From assembly GCA_032718475.1 (NCBI GenBank), contig JAUCBJ010000147.1, forward strand, positions 1-64,000: DNA of 64,000 nt. Reading direction: 5' to 3'. The DNA comes from Nemertoderma westbladi (Eukaryota; Animalia; Xenacoelomorpha). The number at the start of each line of letters is the position of its first letter. The stretch's first letter is position 1. The position numbers and the translations under genes were made by a program. This document shows, piece by piece, positions 1 through 12,424 of the stretch. The notes under the pieces are model-generated. The model did not search any database and was not told the origin of the DNA. It saw only the letters and a program-made list of their open reading frames with translations.

Positions 1-1100
1 GGAGTCACTGGGTTGTCTACAGTTCCCCAGTCTACCGTTAGAGGGCTAAATGTCTGAGAGTTAACATCTTCTCCAACTTTGTTATTTACAATCCGTTTTG
101 ACTGAAACTTGGTAGGCATCTACTACAGCATAGGCTGTATCTTTACTGAGTCGCAGAGTCGTCTACAATTCCCCAGTCTACCGCTAGAGGGCGATATGTC
201 TGCAAGTTAACGTCTTCTCCAACTTTGTTATTTATAATCCATTTAGACTGAACTTGGTAGGCATCTACTACAGCATAGGCTATATCTTTACTGAGTCGCG
301 CAGAGTTGTCTACAGTACCCGCGTCTGCCGCTAGAGGGCGAAATGTATGAAAGTTAACATCTTCTCCAACTTTGTTATTTACAATCCTTTTAGACTGAAA
401 CTTGGTAGGCATCTACTATAGCATAGGCTATATCTTTGCGGAGTAGTAGAGTCGTCTACAGTTCCACAGTCAGCCGCAAGAGGGCGAATTGTCTGATAGT
501 GAAAACCTCATCCCATTTGGTTCTTTTTAATCCTTTTGAGCTGAAACTTGGCAGGTATCTACTACACCCTAGGCTCTATCTTTACGGAGTTGCAGAGTCC
601 TATACACTTCCCCAGTCTACCGCTAGAGGGTGAAATGTCTGAAAGTTAACATCTTCTCCAACTTTGTTATTTACAAACGGTTTAGACTGAAACTTGGTAG
701 GCATCTACTACAGCATAGACTCTACCTTTACGGAGTCGCAGAGTTGTATACAGTTCCCCTATCTGCTGCTAGAGGGCGAATTGTCTGATAGTGAACACCT
801 CATCCCAATTGGTTCTTTTTAATCCCTTTGAGCTGAAACTTGGCAGGAATCTACTACAGCATATTCTGTATCTTTACGGAGTCCCAGTCTACCGCTAGAA
901 GTCTGAATGTGAACATCTACACCAATTTTGTTATTTACAATCTGTTTAAGCTGAAACTTGAAAGGCAGGCATTTTACTTCAGCATAAACCCCATCTTTAC
1001 CAAACTGCAGCGCCGTCTGCATTTCACCAGTCCGCAGGTAGAGGGTGGATCTGAAAGTGATCATTTTCTGGAAATTTTGTTATTTACAATCTGACTAAAG
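1..1100. repeat. ~146-147 bp diverged tandem repeat (about 7 units, cut by window start)
   Basis: Recurring unit GGAGTCGCAGAGTTGTCTACAGTTCCCCAGTCTACCGCTAGAGGGCG...GAAACTTGGTAGGCATCTACTACAGCATAGGC starting at ~1, 147, 293, 439, 586, 731, 877. Confidence 0.85.
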
Positions 1101-1212
1101 TTGAAACTTGACAGTTATCTCTTATGGGGGTGGTGTTTTATTTAATGATGGTGTCTGTTCCGTATGCAGGTCTCAAATCTCCCACACATATTCATATATC
1201 ATCTGCACGAGC

Positions 1213-1252
1213 ACTAGAAAGCTGTGGCCCGAAGGGCCACAGGCTTTCTAGT
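1213..1252 (+). mobile_element. Helitron-like 3' terminus (GC-rich hairpin ending CTAG|T)
   Basis: ACTAGAAAGC-TGTGGCCC-GAA-GGGCCACA-G-GCTTTCTAGT: palindrome ending in CTAG followed by T, the canonical Helitron 3' end; lies just downstream of the 147-bp array. Confidence 0.55.
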
Positions 1253-1623
1253 ATGTGTAGAATTTCTAAACTTTGTTATTCTAATCTTTGATTGAAACCA
1301 CAAACCAGTCTAGCCAATTAAATTTGTATTTCCCCGAGTTTTATAATCGACCGTGTTTACAAAGGTCAGGAAAAATAGGATTACATAAAAGACAATTAAA
1401 CTTTTATTTTTCATATATTATATATAGGCCTACTATTATTTACTTTTCTAAAATCGTTCGAAGGGGAACAACATTGTTGGTATCAGGCACCATACAGTAG
1501 AAATTTCAATGATATCAAACAGTTTAAATTTTTTTGTTTTAATGTGATATCTCAAAGATGTGAAGTTTATCAGTTTTTATTGATACGATCCAGTTATTTT
1601 TCCGAAGAATTCTTCTTGCGCAA

Positions 1624-2345
1624 CTAATCACTACTATCACTACTCAATGTTTCCTGTAATCCATAAGGCCCCCTTGGGCGTTGTGACTCTTGTATCGGAG
1701 GAAATCGTGCTTTTACGGTATTCGATTTGCGAATTTGGGCGGATTGTTGGGGCTCAGCATAACAATATTTTGGATCGAACACCTTTGCCGGATCAATGCG
1801 ATGTGGGATGGAATACTGGCTCTCGTGGCGTAGGGGTTCCGTAAAAGAGCTTGGGTTCCACGGTGGATCTAGGGAAAGATTTCTTTCAAATCGTCTGGAA
1901 ATGTCAGATAAGTTAGATGGACCTGGGTGACTTGTGGCCACAACCTCATTATAATAATAAGGAATATGTATTTCACCTGATGACACTGAGATACTTTGGG
2001 TCTTAATTTCCCGTACAATTTAGGGTAGGTGGATAGCAAAATGTCAAAGAATTCGAAGAAGTTCTCATCAGGACGTCCAAGTAACGCTATAATGAGATTA
2101 GTAATCGTGGTAGCTGTGGTTCTTCTACCCATTGGTGGTCCTTGTATTCTTTCTAGCTGATGACGGGTAAATATATTTTGAGAATACATCCTTTGTAGTA
2201 CTTTGTCTGGATCAAATTCTTCATTGTTAGAAAAGTCAATGAATGTCGCTATACATGTTTGTAAAATTTGTTGCAATTTTTTCTTCATTTCTCAATGTAA
2301 TAAGAGTTCAGTTCCTACGACGGGTGGTTTCTTCGGTGCTTCAAT
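1624..2345 (-). pseudogene. CARD (death-fold) domain protein with Ser/Pro-rich tail, disrupted by a frameshift (~2010) and an upstream in-frame stop
   Basis: ORF 1869-2288 shows a CARD-like helix pattern (DPDKVLQRMYSQNIFTRHQLERI...NLIIALLGRPDENFFEFFDILLSTYPKLY); adding one base in the run at 2010-2012 joins it to ORF 1624-1986 (YGEIKTQSISVSSGEIH...). In-frame TGA at 2292-2294 just upstream of the Met. Confidence 0.55.
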
Positions 2346-2664
2346 TGTAACTTTTTTTACTTATACAGTAGTACTGTTTGTGTACCTACCAGCCTACGTG
2401 CTATTGCTATTGACTGTACACACCACCCCCTAATAAACCAACTTTTTCAATATTTGCTCCCATCATCCCTAAGTATTTTTTTATTTCAATAATTTCTACG
2501 AACTTTGGCATTGTTTCTTACTGCTGCTGGTGTCAAGTAAATTTTTTCAGATAAATTTCAGATTCGGACAGCATTATCATTAGCTTTAGCATCTTAATCT
2601 GCGAATTCAAATATGAAAACCACTATCGATTCGCCGATAATTGCCAATTACAGTAGAAATATTA

Positions 2665-2757
2665 AAATGTCTTATTTTATGACGTAAATCCGTGTATTTA
2701 CTGGGGCTCCGTACTAAATAGGCCTACATGGATTTACGTCAGAAAATAAGACATTTT
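2665..2757. repeat. Short inverted repeat (~33 bp arms)
   Basis: AAAATGTCTTATTTTATGACGTAAATCCGTGTA ... TACATGGATTTACGTCAGAAAATAAGACATTTT. Confidence 0.7.
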
Positions 2758-3326
2758 ATTTTAAAAATTCATTTACTTTATCCGCAAAAATCCGGACATA
2801 AAAGACTTTTATTCTTGAATTGTTACTTTTTTCGCTCGAATTTAGACCAAAATCGGGTGAAAAAGGATTGTATTGACTTTTTTCCCGGCGAAAAAATTAA
2901 AATAATATATTTTTGGTGGAATTTCTTAAATTTTATTAAATGTGCTCAAAGAGCATTGACGTACGAAAGGTTTGCACGTATTTTATGCAAAATCCATGCA
3001 CGCACTCAAAAGTTATTGCAACTTTAGTGTCTGCGCGGCGTACTCCAAAACGGAACTCAATATCCAATATTGGTTTATCTTGTTAAGCGGCTCTCTAATT
3101 ACGTAATAAATATTCGAGAACAACACTAAATTATTTAACGTTGAGTAAAGCAGCATCAGGAATTGAATAGTACTGTAGGCCTACAGTAATTTGAATTGCA
3201 GTAACTATGAAAGCAATATAGTATAATACTATAGTTCAATTTATTTTGTACCACTATATCTCTGTCAGTCTGTACGTTTTATTAAAGAATTTAGCAACAA
3301 AAAAGTACCAATTTAAAAATAAAATT

Positions 3327-3466
3327 AATTACATGGGGAAAAAAACGTAGAACATTTTTTTTTTCAATATTCTCTCAATATTTTTCAAATTAACCTCGCT
3401 GACGCTCGGTAAATAAAATTCCTCGAGAATAGTGAAAAAAAAGTTCTACTTTTTTCCCATGTAATA
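3327..3466. mobile_element. MITE-like foldback
   Basis: ATTACATGGGGAAAAAAACGTAGAAC...TTCAATATTCTC vs GAGAATAGTGAAAAAAAAGTTCTAC...CCCATGTAAT imperfect inverted arms. Confidence 0.55.
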
Positions 3467-4502
3467 AATAATTATTTTGTTCGCATATGCGGACAAAAAA
3501 GTAATTATCCAATCAAAATTCCAAAAATGCTGTTTTAAATTAATTATACAATCAACGATCTAGAAGATTTTTCTGTTGATTTCGCATTATTTATTCTAGA
3601 TAAGTAATTACGATGGTAATTATTAATAAATTTAGCAATAAAAAGTTTAGTTGTAGGATCTTTTGAACAAGTAGCTAGTTTAATTAAATTTTTGGTATGA
3701 TTATTTGATATTTGATTAACGTTCTGGAATATCACCTTCACTAATCATTAGTCATTAAGTAGTATTATTAGTAATATAATATTATAATATAATAATTAAT
3801 AATATTTATTAGTCATATTATTACTCAGTATTAATTATCCGGTATTACTTATACTACACAGTATAACTAATTAATAGTAGCTAGTATTATTTAATTACAC
3901 AATGGCGCAGAATTGACAACAAATTTGCGATAACTTTGTTACTTCTAATTCAAAAGGGAATATTTTAAAGAAATATTAAATGGTATCTACTAGGGTGTGC
4001 TCAATGTACCTTCAATTTCCAATAATTGTATTTAGTATTATTCATAATTAATATTAGAATATTCTAAATATGGGTTGATTTTGGGCAAAACGCCGTTTTT
4101 GCGTAGAAAAGGTGAATTTTTAAAAGAAAACAACATCTTCTACAAAAATAAATCATTGTTGTCCTCTTTTTAATCCACATTTCATCGAAATAGTAGAATG
4201 GAATTTATTCCTCGGCTACGCGTCGGGAACAAATGTGGAACAAACGGGAACAAATGTGCACATTCTACTATTCCTAAAAATACCGGACAAAAATATAGTA
4301 CCGATACTTTCTTTTTGTAAAATAAATAGTTATTAATTGTTTGGAATACATTTTTTGTCGTAGCACAACTTAATATCTTCATACTAAGTTACTTAATTTT
4401 TAGTTATTTTTTATATTTTTTAATAAATTAATTAAGTTTTAAAATGTTTTAACTTTGGTGTTTTTTTAAGTGCTATTTTATTTAAAGTTTTTTTTTACCT
4501 CA

Positions 4503-4593
4503 GGCCGACTAATATGTAGGCCCACTAATATGTAGGCCCACTAATATATAGGCCCACTAATATGTAGGCCCACTAATATGTAGGCCCACTAAT
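4503..4593. repeat. 16-bp minisatellite (GTAGGCCCACTAATAT) x5-6
   Basis: Direct reading of tandem copies. Confidence 0.9.
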
Positions 4594-5037
4594 ACCGGTA
4601 GGTCAAACCAATGATTTATTTGAATTTAGAACTGTACGAGCGTCAAGATCATTATTGTATAGTGCCCTATATAAATTTGATATTTTTTATTATTATTAGG
4701 CGTCCTAAAAAAAAAAACTTAAAAAAAATATTATGATATTCATAAACATTTCCCTAAACTCTTCTCACGATTATCACAGCGCAGCGAGAAATAAAAATGG
4801 TTGGGAATGAATCCAGTAAATTGCTAAACAATGAGGGGCCACTCAAGAATAACAATTATAAATATATTAAAATATCATTAAATAAATAGCACCCGTAACA
4901 AGACCAGAGTTACAGACCTGAGAGTATCCCGCAACATTTTGCTGACCCCCTGATACGAGGAATTTTTGTTTCAGACACAAGATACAGGCCTACACCATAA
5001 AATGTGCCCCGTGAGGATGGCTCAACAGTAGGCCTAC

Positions 5038-5807
5038 TTGGACGGATCCAAAAATTGGATGTTGGACGGATCCAAGAATTGGATGTTGGACGGATCCAAG
5101 AATTGGATGTTGGACGTATACAATAGTTGGATGTTGGACGGATCAAATAATTGGATGTTGGACGGATCAAATAATTGGATGTTGGACGTATACAATAGTT
5201 GGATGTTGGACGGATCCAAGAATTGTATGTTGGACGTATACAATAGTTGGATGTTGGACGGATCAAATAATTGGATGTTGGACGGATCAAATAATTGGAT
5301 GTTGGACGTATACAATAGTTGGATGTTGGACGGATCCAAGAATTGTATGTTGGACGTATACAATAGTTGGATGTTGGACGGATCAAATAATTGGATGTTG
5401 GACGGATCAAATAATTGGATGTTGGACGTATACAATAGTTGGATGTTGGACGGATCAAATAATTGGATGTTGGACGGATCAAATAATTGGATGTTGGACG
5501 TATACAATAGTTGGATGTTGGACGGATCAAATAATTGGATGTTGGACGTATACAATAGTTGGATGTTGGACGGATCAAATAATTGGATGTTGGACGGATC
5601 AAATAATTGGATGTTGGACGTATACAATAGTTGGATGTTGGACGGATCAAATAATTGGATGTTGGACGGATCAAATAATTGGATGTTAGACGTATACAAT
5701 AGTTGGATGTTGGACGGATCAAATAATTGGATGTTGGACGTATACAATAGTTGGATGTTGGACGGATCAAATAATTGGATGTTGGACGATATCCAAGAAT
5801 TGGATGT
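5038..5807. repeat. 24-bp minisatellite with three interspersed variants (~32 units)
   Basis: TTGGATGTTGGAC followed by GGATCAAATAA / GTATACAATAG / GGATCCAAGAA. Confidence 0.95.
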
Positions 5808-6298
5808 CCTTATTTCTCACACGTGTTTCCGTGTTTGTTTGTTTGTACACACAACTTCTTGCACTTAATGTTAATGGAATTGGATGAAACTTTGATGATA
5901 GGTTCATTATCGGACCTAGTTGCGAGGGACCTGTTGGTTGCCTTGCAGGTTGCATAGGTTGCATAGCAACCTGTTTGGTTGCATAGGTTGCATAGCAACC
6001 TGTTGGGTTGCTATGCAACAGTGAAATTTATTCTAGATCATAACTAGATCTATATATATACTATTCTATACAAGGCTGCCTAATAACGAAAAACGAAAGA
6101 AACATTGGGCAAAGCTGTACAATTATTGTATGTAAAATAATCACTGTTTGTAGGAAATGTATCTTATTCTCACACAATTCTAAACGAAATAAAGCAAATT
6201 TTGCAGAAAGCATGTCCAATAGATGCTCCCTAGGCAACCAACAGCTCCCTCGCAACCAAAACCTTGCATACACAACTAGGTCCGAGGTCCGATGCTAG
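5808..6298 (+). mobile_element. Non-autonomous Helentron/DINE-like element (putative)
   Basis: (GTTT)n microsatellite near 5' end, internal GGTTGCATAGCAACC palindromic repeats, inverted pair TAGTTGCGAGGGACCTGTTGGTTGCCT (~5918) / TAGGCAACCAACAGCTCCCTCGCAAC (~6231), ends ...GATGCTAG. Confidence 0.4.
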
Positions 6299-6499
6299 CT
6301 ATATTTATTTCAAAAATATTTACATTTATATTATATTATAATTATAATATATTATTATATTTATATTTATTGCAAAAATTGAAAATGAGGGTATGAGGTT
6401 ATCACCTGAGACGATACTTAGCATCGTCTATTCATTCGCTGCAAACGACTCGTATCGCCGACGCGAGGCAATCCTAATATAAGAGAGAGGAGGAGAATC

Positions 6500-7515
6500 A
6501 AAGAAACGTATTTCTCAGGAAACTATAGCTGACTGGTATAATTATATTCGAGAAATAGTCGCAATTAGATTTCTAAAAGAGCAGGAGGAACTAGGTCCAA
6601 TAGGTGGAGAAGGGGAGACAGTCCAGGTCGATGAGAGTGTAAGTTCGGGAAACGAAAATTTAATAACGGATGGGCACTGGGTCATGGGTGGGAATGATCG
6701 AAGACAATTCAGAGGATATCCGCCTAATAACTTGTCCAAACAACAAACGAAGTGCAATCGAGCTGGCACCAATAATTCAAAGATATATTAAACCGGGAAC
6801 TACCATCATAACCGACATGTGGAAGGCTTACGATGACCTTGGAACATTGGGCTATACTCATAAAGTAGTCAACCATAGAGTGACAAAATAAACCCATTTA
6901 TAGCCAAAGACGGTACTCACACAAACAGAATAGAGGGCAGAGGCTTAATGGAGGCCTGCAAAGGACTATTTCAGAATATTGAAAATTAGAAGAGTCTGCG
7001 AGGATTGTGAACAAGAGCTGAATATGGTTGGTGATGAGTTGCGTGCTAAAACAGAAGTCGTAAATAAAGAGCCTGAATGTGGTTGGTGATGAGTTGCGTG
7101 CTAAAACAGAAGTCGTAAATAAAGAGCCTGAATGTGGTTGGTGATGAGTTGCGTGCTAAAACAGGAGTCGTAAATAAAGAGCCTGAATGTAGTTGGTGAT
7201 GAGTTGCGCGCTAAAACAGGAGTCGTAAATAAAGAGGAGCCTGAATGTAGTTGGTGATGAGTTGCGCGCTAAAACAGGAGTCGTAAATAAAGAGGAGCCT
7301 GAATGTAGTTGGTGATGAGTTGCGAGCTAAAACAGGAGTCGTAAATAAAGAGGAGCCTGAATGTGGTTGGTGATGAGTTGCGTGCTAAAACAGGAGTTGA
7401 AAATTTCCTGAAAATCTTAACGAATACTTGTGGAGACGTCAGATACGTAAGGGAAAATTGAATGGATTCAATGAATTATTAAAAGGCAATTAAATGCAAA
7501 TATCCAATGGATTAA
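6500..7515 (+). pseudogene. Merlin/ISXO2 (IS1016-like) DDE transposase remnant, frameshifted
   Basis: Translated motifs ETIADWYNYIRE...IGGEGETVQVDES..GKRK, IIQRYIKPGTTIITDMWKAYDDL..LGYTHKVVNH, DGTHTNRIE, and C-terminal EYLWRR...FNELLK typical of eukaryotic Merlin transposases. Confidence 0.85.
7014..7398. repeat. 52-55 bp tandem repeat (~7 units) expanded within the Merlin transposase 3' region
   Basis: GAGCCTGAATGTGGTTGGTGATGAGTTGCGTGCTAAAACAGGAGTCGTAAATAAA repeated. Confidence 0.9.
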
Positions 7516-7820
7516 CAAACTTTTTCATTTCATTTCACTTTCACAAAACTCTTTCATTCATATCAATTTAAATGTATTATATTTGTTTTAACATAATTTA
7601 TATTGTATATTATTTTAAATATACTAACGATTTTAAAATCTCAAAAAAAAAATATTTTATTTACTTGCTATTTTAAATTAAAAAACTAGCTATACGTTCT
7701 AGAACATAATATTTTTTACTTTATTTATGTTCTAGAATAGTATATTTTACTTGTCTATTGTTCTAGAACTCTTCAACGTTGCCATAGTAACAATAATGAC
7801 ATACGTTTTTTTTCTTTTTT

Positions 7821-8286
7821 TATATTGGTGAATGTTCTGGATCATTAGCAGATATTTTTTTAATGGTAGTTAGTGTTTTTTTTTAAATATCAAGCTAGTA
7901 TTTTTTGTATTACCTAGCTATTATTTTTTCAAATTAAAAAAAAAATTTTAATTTTATATACCGGTTACTGAAATTTATTAAAATAACTAATGTAAATGTA
8001 CTATCTACTAAAAGGCACTATAAATTGTTTTTTTTAATAGCTAGCTAGTACGGTACCGGTAGGTATATTTTGAAATTATAAAAACATATAAAAACAAAAA
8101 AAAAAAACGAAAAAAACACTAGCTACCTTTATAAATAATATCTACTAATGTTCTAGAGCACTTACCAACAACAAAAATCCGAAAAAAATTAATATTTTGA
8201 TAATTTTAAAAAATACTAGCTAATAAAAAAAACACTAGCTACCATAAACAAATATCTAGTAATGTTCCAGAACATTCACCAATATC
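7821..8286. mobile_element. AT-rich foldback/MITE
   Basis: ATATTGGTGAATGTTCTGGATCATTAGCAGATATTT..ATGGTAGTTAGTGTTTT vs AAAACACTAGCTACCAT..AAATATCTAGTAATGTTCCAGAACATTCACCAATAT. Confidence 0.65.
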
Positions 8287-8379
8287 AATACAGACAACAA
8301 TAACACCAATAAAATCACAAAGGATCTTACAAATTTGCTGTATATACTTTACTAATACCGGTTATACATACTATAGGCC

Positions 8380-8477
8380 TACTAGTACCCACAAGATAGC
8401 ATGTAAAAAGCTATACTAGTACCCACAAGATAGCATGTACAAAGCTATACTAGTACCCACAAGATAGCATGTACAAA
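8380..8477. repeat. 34-bp tandem repeat (TACTAGTACCCACAAGATAGCATGTAMAAAGCTA) x3; continues at 12085-12127 beyond an insertion
   Basis: Same unit resumes immediately after the element at 8478-12084. Confidence 0.85.
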
Positions 8478-9335
8478 TAGTCGAGTAGACGCTTGGTACA
8501 TTTTACTGACGAACCGTTCTCCGGCGTATGACTGCAATTTTATTTGCTCATGATGTTGTTCCACATTATAACAATACATTTTCGCTATAAAGACTTTGGG
8601 AAAGGTTGAGCAATTTTTTTATTGCCGTTTGTTTGGAGGATAAAATCATAACAAAATTACCAAAAAAATGTTAATCTCTGTAGAGAATGTGTTAGCAACA
8701 ACATTAAACATTCTAGAATATTATGTTTTTATGATTCAAAACATTGCAGTAATAAGTTACATTTAGGCAATGAAAATGACCTTAAAGAGAGTTGGAGGCG
8801 ACGAGTGCTTTGACTAAAATAATTAAAAAATATTGTGATTAATAGTGACATTTAGTTTTGAGAAAGATTGCCTTATCTGGATCTACCACCTTATGTAAGG
8901 CGATAGATCCAAAAAATCCAAAAGTTTGAAACGCTAGAAAAATGCAGCGATAGCAATATGAGAAAGGCCATTTGCGAAACAAGATTGCCACGATACGAAG
9001 AATTAGCTGGAAATGATTTGGGAGATGGTGAGCTTGAAGACCTAACTATTTTGGGAACCCGATTCTATCGAAGTTGTTACGTCAATTTTAAAGGTAATAT
9101 ACTTAATGTACACCACCATTTAATATATAGAATATTGTATAATACTTATATTTAAAAAGATTTGTATTTTCGCTTTACAATTGTTGTTGGAAAAGAATTT
9201 TAAAACGTCTCCATCACCACGGCCCTATCAAGCATTATTTATCATTTTATAATACTTTTTATGTAGCTATTTTTAAGTTTTGATACATATAAATGTTCTG
9301 GAACATATTGCCGTTACCCAACATTTATACAATTA

Positions 9336-9405
9336 TTACATTACATTACATTACATTACATTACATTACATTACATTACATTACATTACATTACATTACA
9401 TTACA
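9336..9405. repeat. (TTACA)n microsatellite
   Basis: Direct reading. Confidence 0.95.
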
Positions 9406-9559
9406 TATAATACAATTATATTATTGTATTTTTTTTTTAATATTTCAGATTTTATTTATTTATTTTAAAATATGGCAGATTTTTTTTGTTATGATAGAAA
9501 TATTTTTTCAACCTTATTTGTTTATAACATAGGCCTATATAAAAAAAAATGTGAATAAA

Positions 9560-10800
9560 ACGCAACATAAAAGAGCAACATTCTCTATGTGAGGCCTAAT
9601 CCTATATAGAATTATTTTATTGTATATTTTGGCAGCTACCACAAGCAGACAGATCCCACGATAGTTTGTTGGTATGCCGAGGTCTCCTTTCTTGGGGAGA
9701 GGCTTTAGTTGACCTTTAGTCCAAATTGGTGGTGGCTTTTCCCCTTTTAACATCCGGTTGCAAACATTCAATAATGGTCTATTTAGCACTCCGGTTTTCC
9801 ATACCTCCGCTGGGATTTCATCTAATCCACTCGCTTTATTATTGGACATGCTTTTAATGCTTCTTTGGAGTTCGGCAGGTGCCTAGTTGTTTAGCTTTCT
9901 CAAGTGTTGATGTTTTCGGCTGTTGGTTGTTCAGTTTTTACTTTGGAGTAGGAGTATCTTAACATCTTCTCTCTTGCGATTTTGAACTTCTACTGTGTGT
10001 AAGCTTCCTTTACTGCATTATTGTCAGTTCTGAGTTTCTCCCAGTCATAGTTGATTCGCTTGCTTGTCCTGAGTTTACTGGCTCTCAAACTGAGTCTGAG
10101 CTCTGCAGTCTGGTCTGGTCCGAACAAATTAGGTTGAACGAGCTGACTACTGTATGCCTCGCAGTTAAATGTCCATCCTTACTCTTTTAGAATGAGGTGT
10201 TTGTTTGTAGGTATCAATGACTTTATAAGCCCTTTCAAATCTTTTAGTCCTTGACTGCTTGTTCTGTCTCTGATGCATTATTGGTTGGATTGTAGCAACA
10301 CATTGCTGTTGTCTTGTGATTCCCACCAAAAATGTTGTAATTATAATAGTTTATGATCCTGGAATTTTTTTATTCGATGGGGTTTAGTGTCAGAAGTGTA
10401 AATGGACTTAGGAGAATTCATACTCAACCAATTGAAACTTTGACCGAATTGCTTTCTGCTGAATTTGCAGACTGGAAGTGGATGGACGTTATAAACGTCC
10501 ATTTCAAATGTCATTCATTATACTTGATGGCAATGTCTCATGACTAATCTGATATTCTTGAATACAAATGATGTCGATGTAATATTCCATTGCCAGAGCT
10601 GCAATAATGTTTGCTAAGCAGTTTTAGAGTGCGTGCGTTCATTGTAGCAATATTTAGTGTCTTTCTAAGTTTCAACAGGTTGGTTCTCATTCTGCTCGAC
10701 CTTCTTTCATTCACTGGGGTCGATAAAATGAGTACCTGTTGAATTACTGGGAACAAACCTTGGGATACGAGTAGCACCAGTCATACCTTCAGGTAGCAGC
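9560..10800 (-). mobile_element. Internally deleted RTE-type LINE (APE endonuclease + RT fragments), nested in the TIR element
   Basis: KASGLDEIPAEVWK...WTKGQLKPLPKKGDL...NYRGICLL...KIYNKIILYRI (RT N-term); LNIATMNARTL (APE start); NCEAYSS...AELRLSLRA (APE end). Confidence 0.85.
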
Positions 10801-12424
10801 TACTGAAGAGGGAGACAGAAGCATATTCCAGTGGCACGTTATTCTAACCAAAATGATAAACGAAAGTCAACAGAACAGGTTACAGTTTTATTTTTGGGAG
10901 TAACCAGCTGTTATTTGCGTCGATTTTTCCCTGGAGAGGGATGAATTTAGATTGCGACTAAAGGCCCTCCCTATCTTTGAGGAGATGCCTTCTTTTTTTA
11001 CTATTGTATGTATAATGCAGATATTGATATATTATTCGAATTCCTAGAACTTTTAATTCCTGTAAAGCTAACCTAGCATTGCTAATTATCTTGCACAAAA
11101 TATAATGAAAGTATTATTTATTTCAGATGTAAAATTTAGAATTAAAGGAAACTGCAGCAGTCAAGAAGAATATAAGAAGAGCGGGCTCGCAAGTATTATT
11201 CTGGAGAGCGGCTGTAGATAATATGCAGCCGGCAGCCGCCACTATAGCCTACAAACTTTGGTTGGATGTGGCAGCAATTTGTAAATTGGGCTTTCAATTT
11301 TTATTGCAAGTGTGCGAACAAGGACTGTGATAACGTGTTGTTATTAAATATATTATCAAACATTCAACTAAAAGTAATTACTGCAAATGCAGAAGTTGTT
11401 TCATCGACATTCTTTCACCTTTCATTTCACAGTCCACTGGTAATACCGGACATCACCTTACAGAAAGAACATCTCAGTTTGGGTAACCACTGCTACAGTA
11501 CTTCGAAAAGGATAAACCTGCGCCATTCTGTCCATAAATGCGTCGGCCACAAAGTCCACATTCAAATTAACATATTTCCAACATATTTTCCACCAGTTCT
11601 TGAGGATACATGTCTAGCGAGAGTTAGGGTGCTGACAGCATATTATATTCCTGACAGACAGGTATGTCGGTGCATTACTTGGCCACAGTGATGAGCTCCA
11701 AATTGCACACCGAGCCTTGTATGTATTACAACTTCACCACCAGTAACAGTGTTTGCCATAACACTGCAATGTTACAAAATTTGTAACTCATAACTGCAAA
11801 CATAATCCTTATTCCTTACATTTTTATTTTCTCAAGCTTGGTTTCTCCTTATTTATGATTGATCAGTGTCTAAATAGATAAATATACCCCTGTGTGTTAA
11901 TTCATTATTGTTGCTATGTAAAACATCTGTCGTTAAGATAAATAGTGTTCTAGAAAAAATTGCTCAATGCGGACTATGTGAAATATAACATAATTTCAAA
12001 TGGTTTATACAAGTTAACACTTTCAGCAAAAAAAACTGCAGTCATACCCAATTTGAACGGTGGTCGGTACTGTCTACTTGACTAAAAGCTATACTAGTAC
12101 CCACAAGATAGCATGTAAAAAGCTATAAGTCATTTTTTCTAACCAAAATAATAAACGAACACTTTTTAACAATTGAGGGAAAGGAGCTGGTTACATTAGC
12201 GCCAGGATTTTCTAAACAAAACAATATTGCTAGAGTAGGCCTTTGCAGGCTGTAGGCATGGTATAATACAGTATATATCACAATATAGTCGTGGTAAATT
12301 ACAACAGAAATCGAGACAGCCGGAAGTACTTAATGCTGCGCAGTACCGAAACTATACTCTTTGCTCTGGTTCCGCGTCATTACCTAAGACTCAGCATCAG
12401 CACCACATAACCAAAGTCCGCAAG

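Larger units (their letters stand above)
8478..12084 (+). mobile_element. Degenerate DNA transposon with TAG...CTA termini and 3-bp TSD (AAA); putative Academ superfamily
   Basis: Left end TAGTCGAGTAGAC..ACCGTTC..GTATGACTGCA..TTGAGCAATTTTTT matches reverse complement of right end; inserted into the 34-bp repeat with AAA duplicated; internal remnant GELEDLTILGTRFYRSCYVNF (~9030-9090) resembles the DLxAxExxYHxxCY motif. Confidence 0.6.

Noticed and set aside
4910-5868. Three long ORFs (237-286 aa) of 8-residue repeats
   Set aside because: By-product of a stop-free 24-bp minisatellite open in several frames on both strands; no unique coding sequence.
11266-11760. 141-aa plus-strand ORF and coding-like minus-strand remnant inside the TIR element
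   Set aside because: No recognisable domain; stops in the minus frames; probably decayed transposon ORF that I cannot assign.
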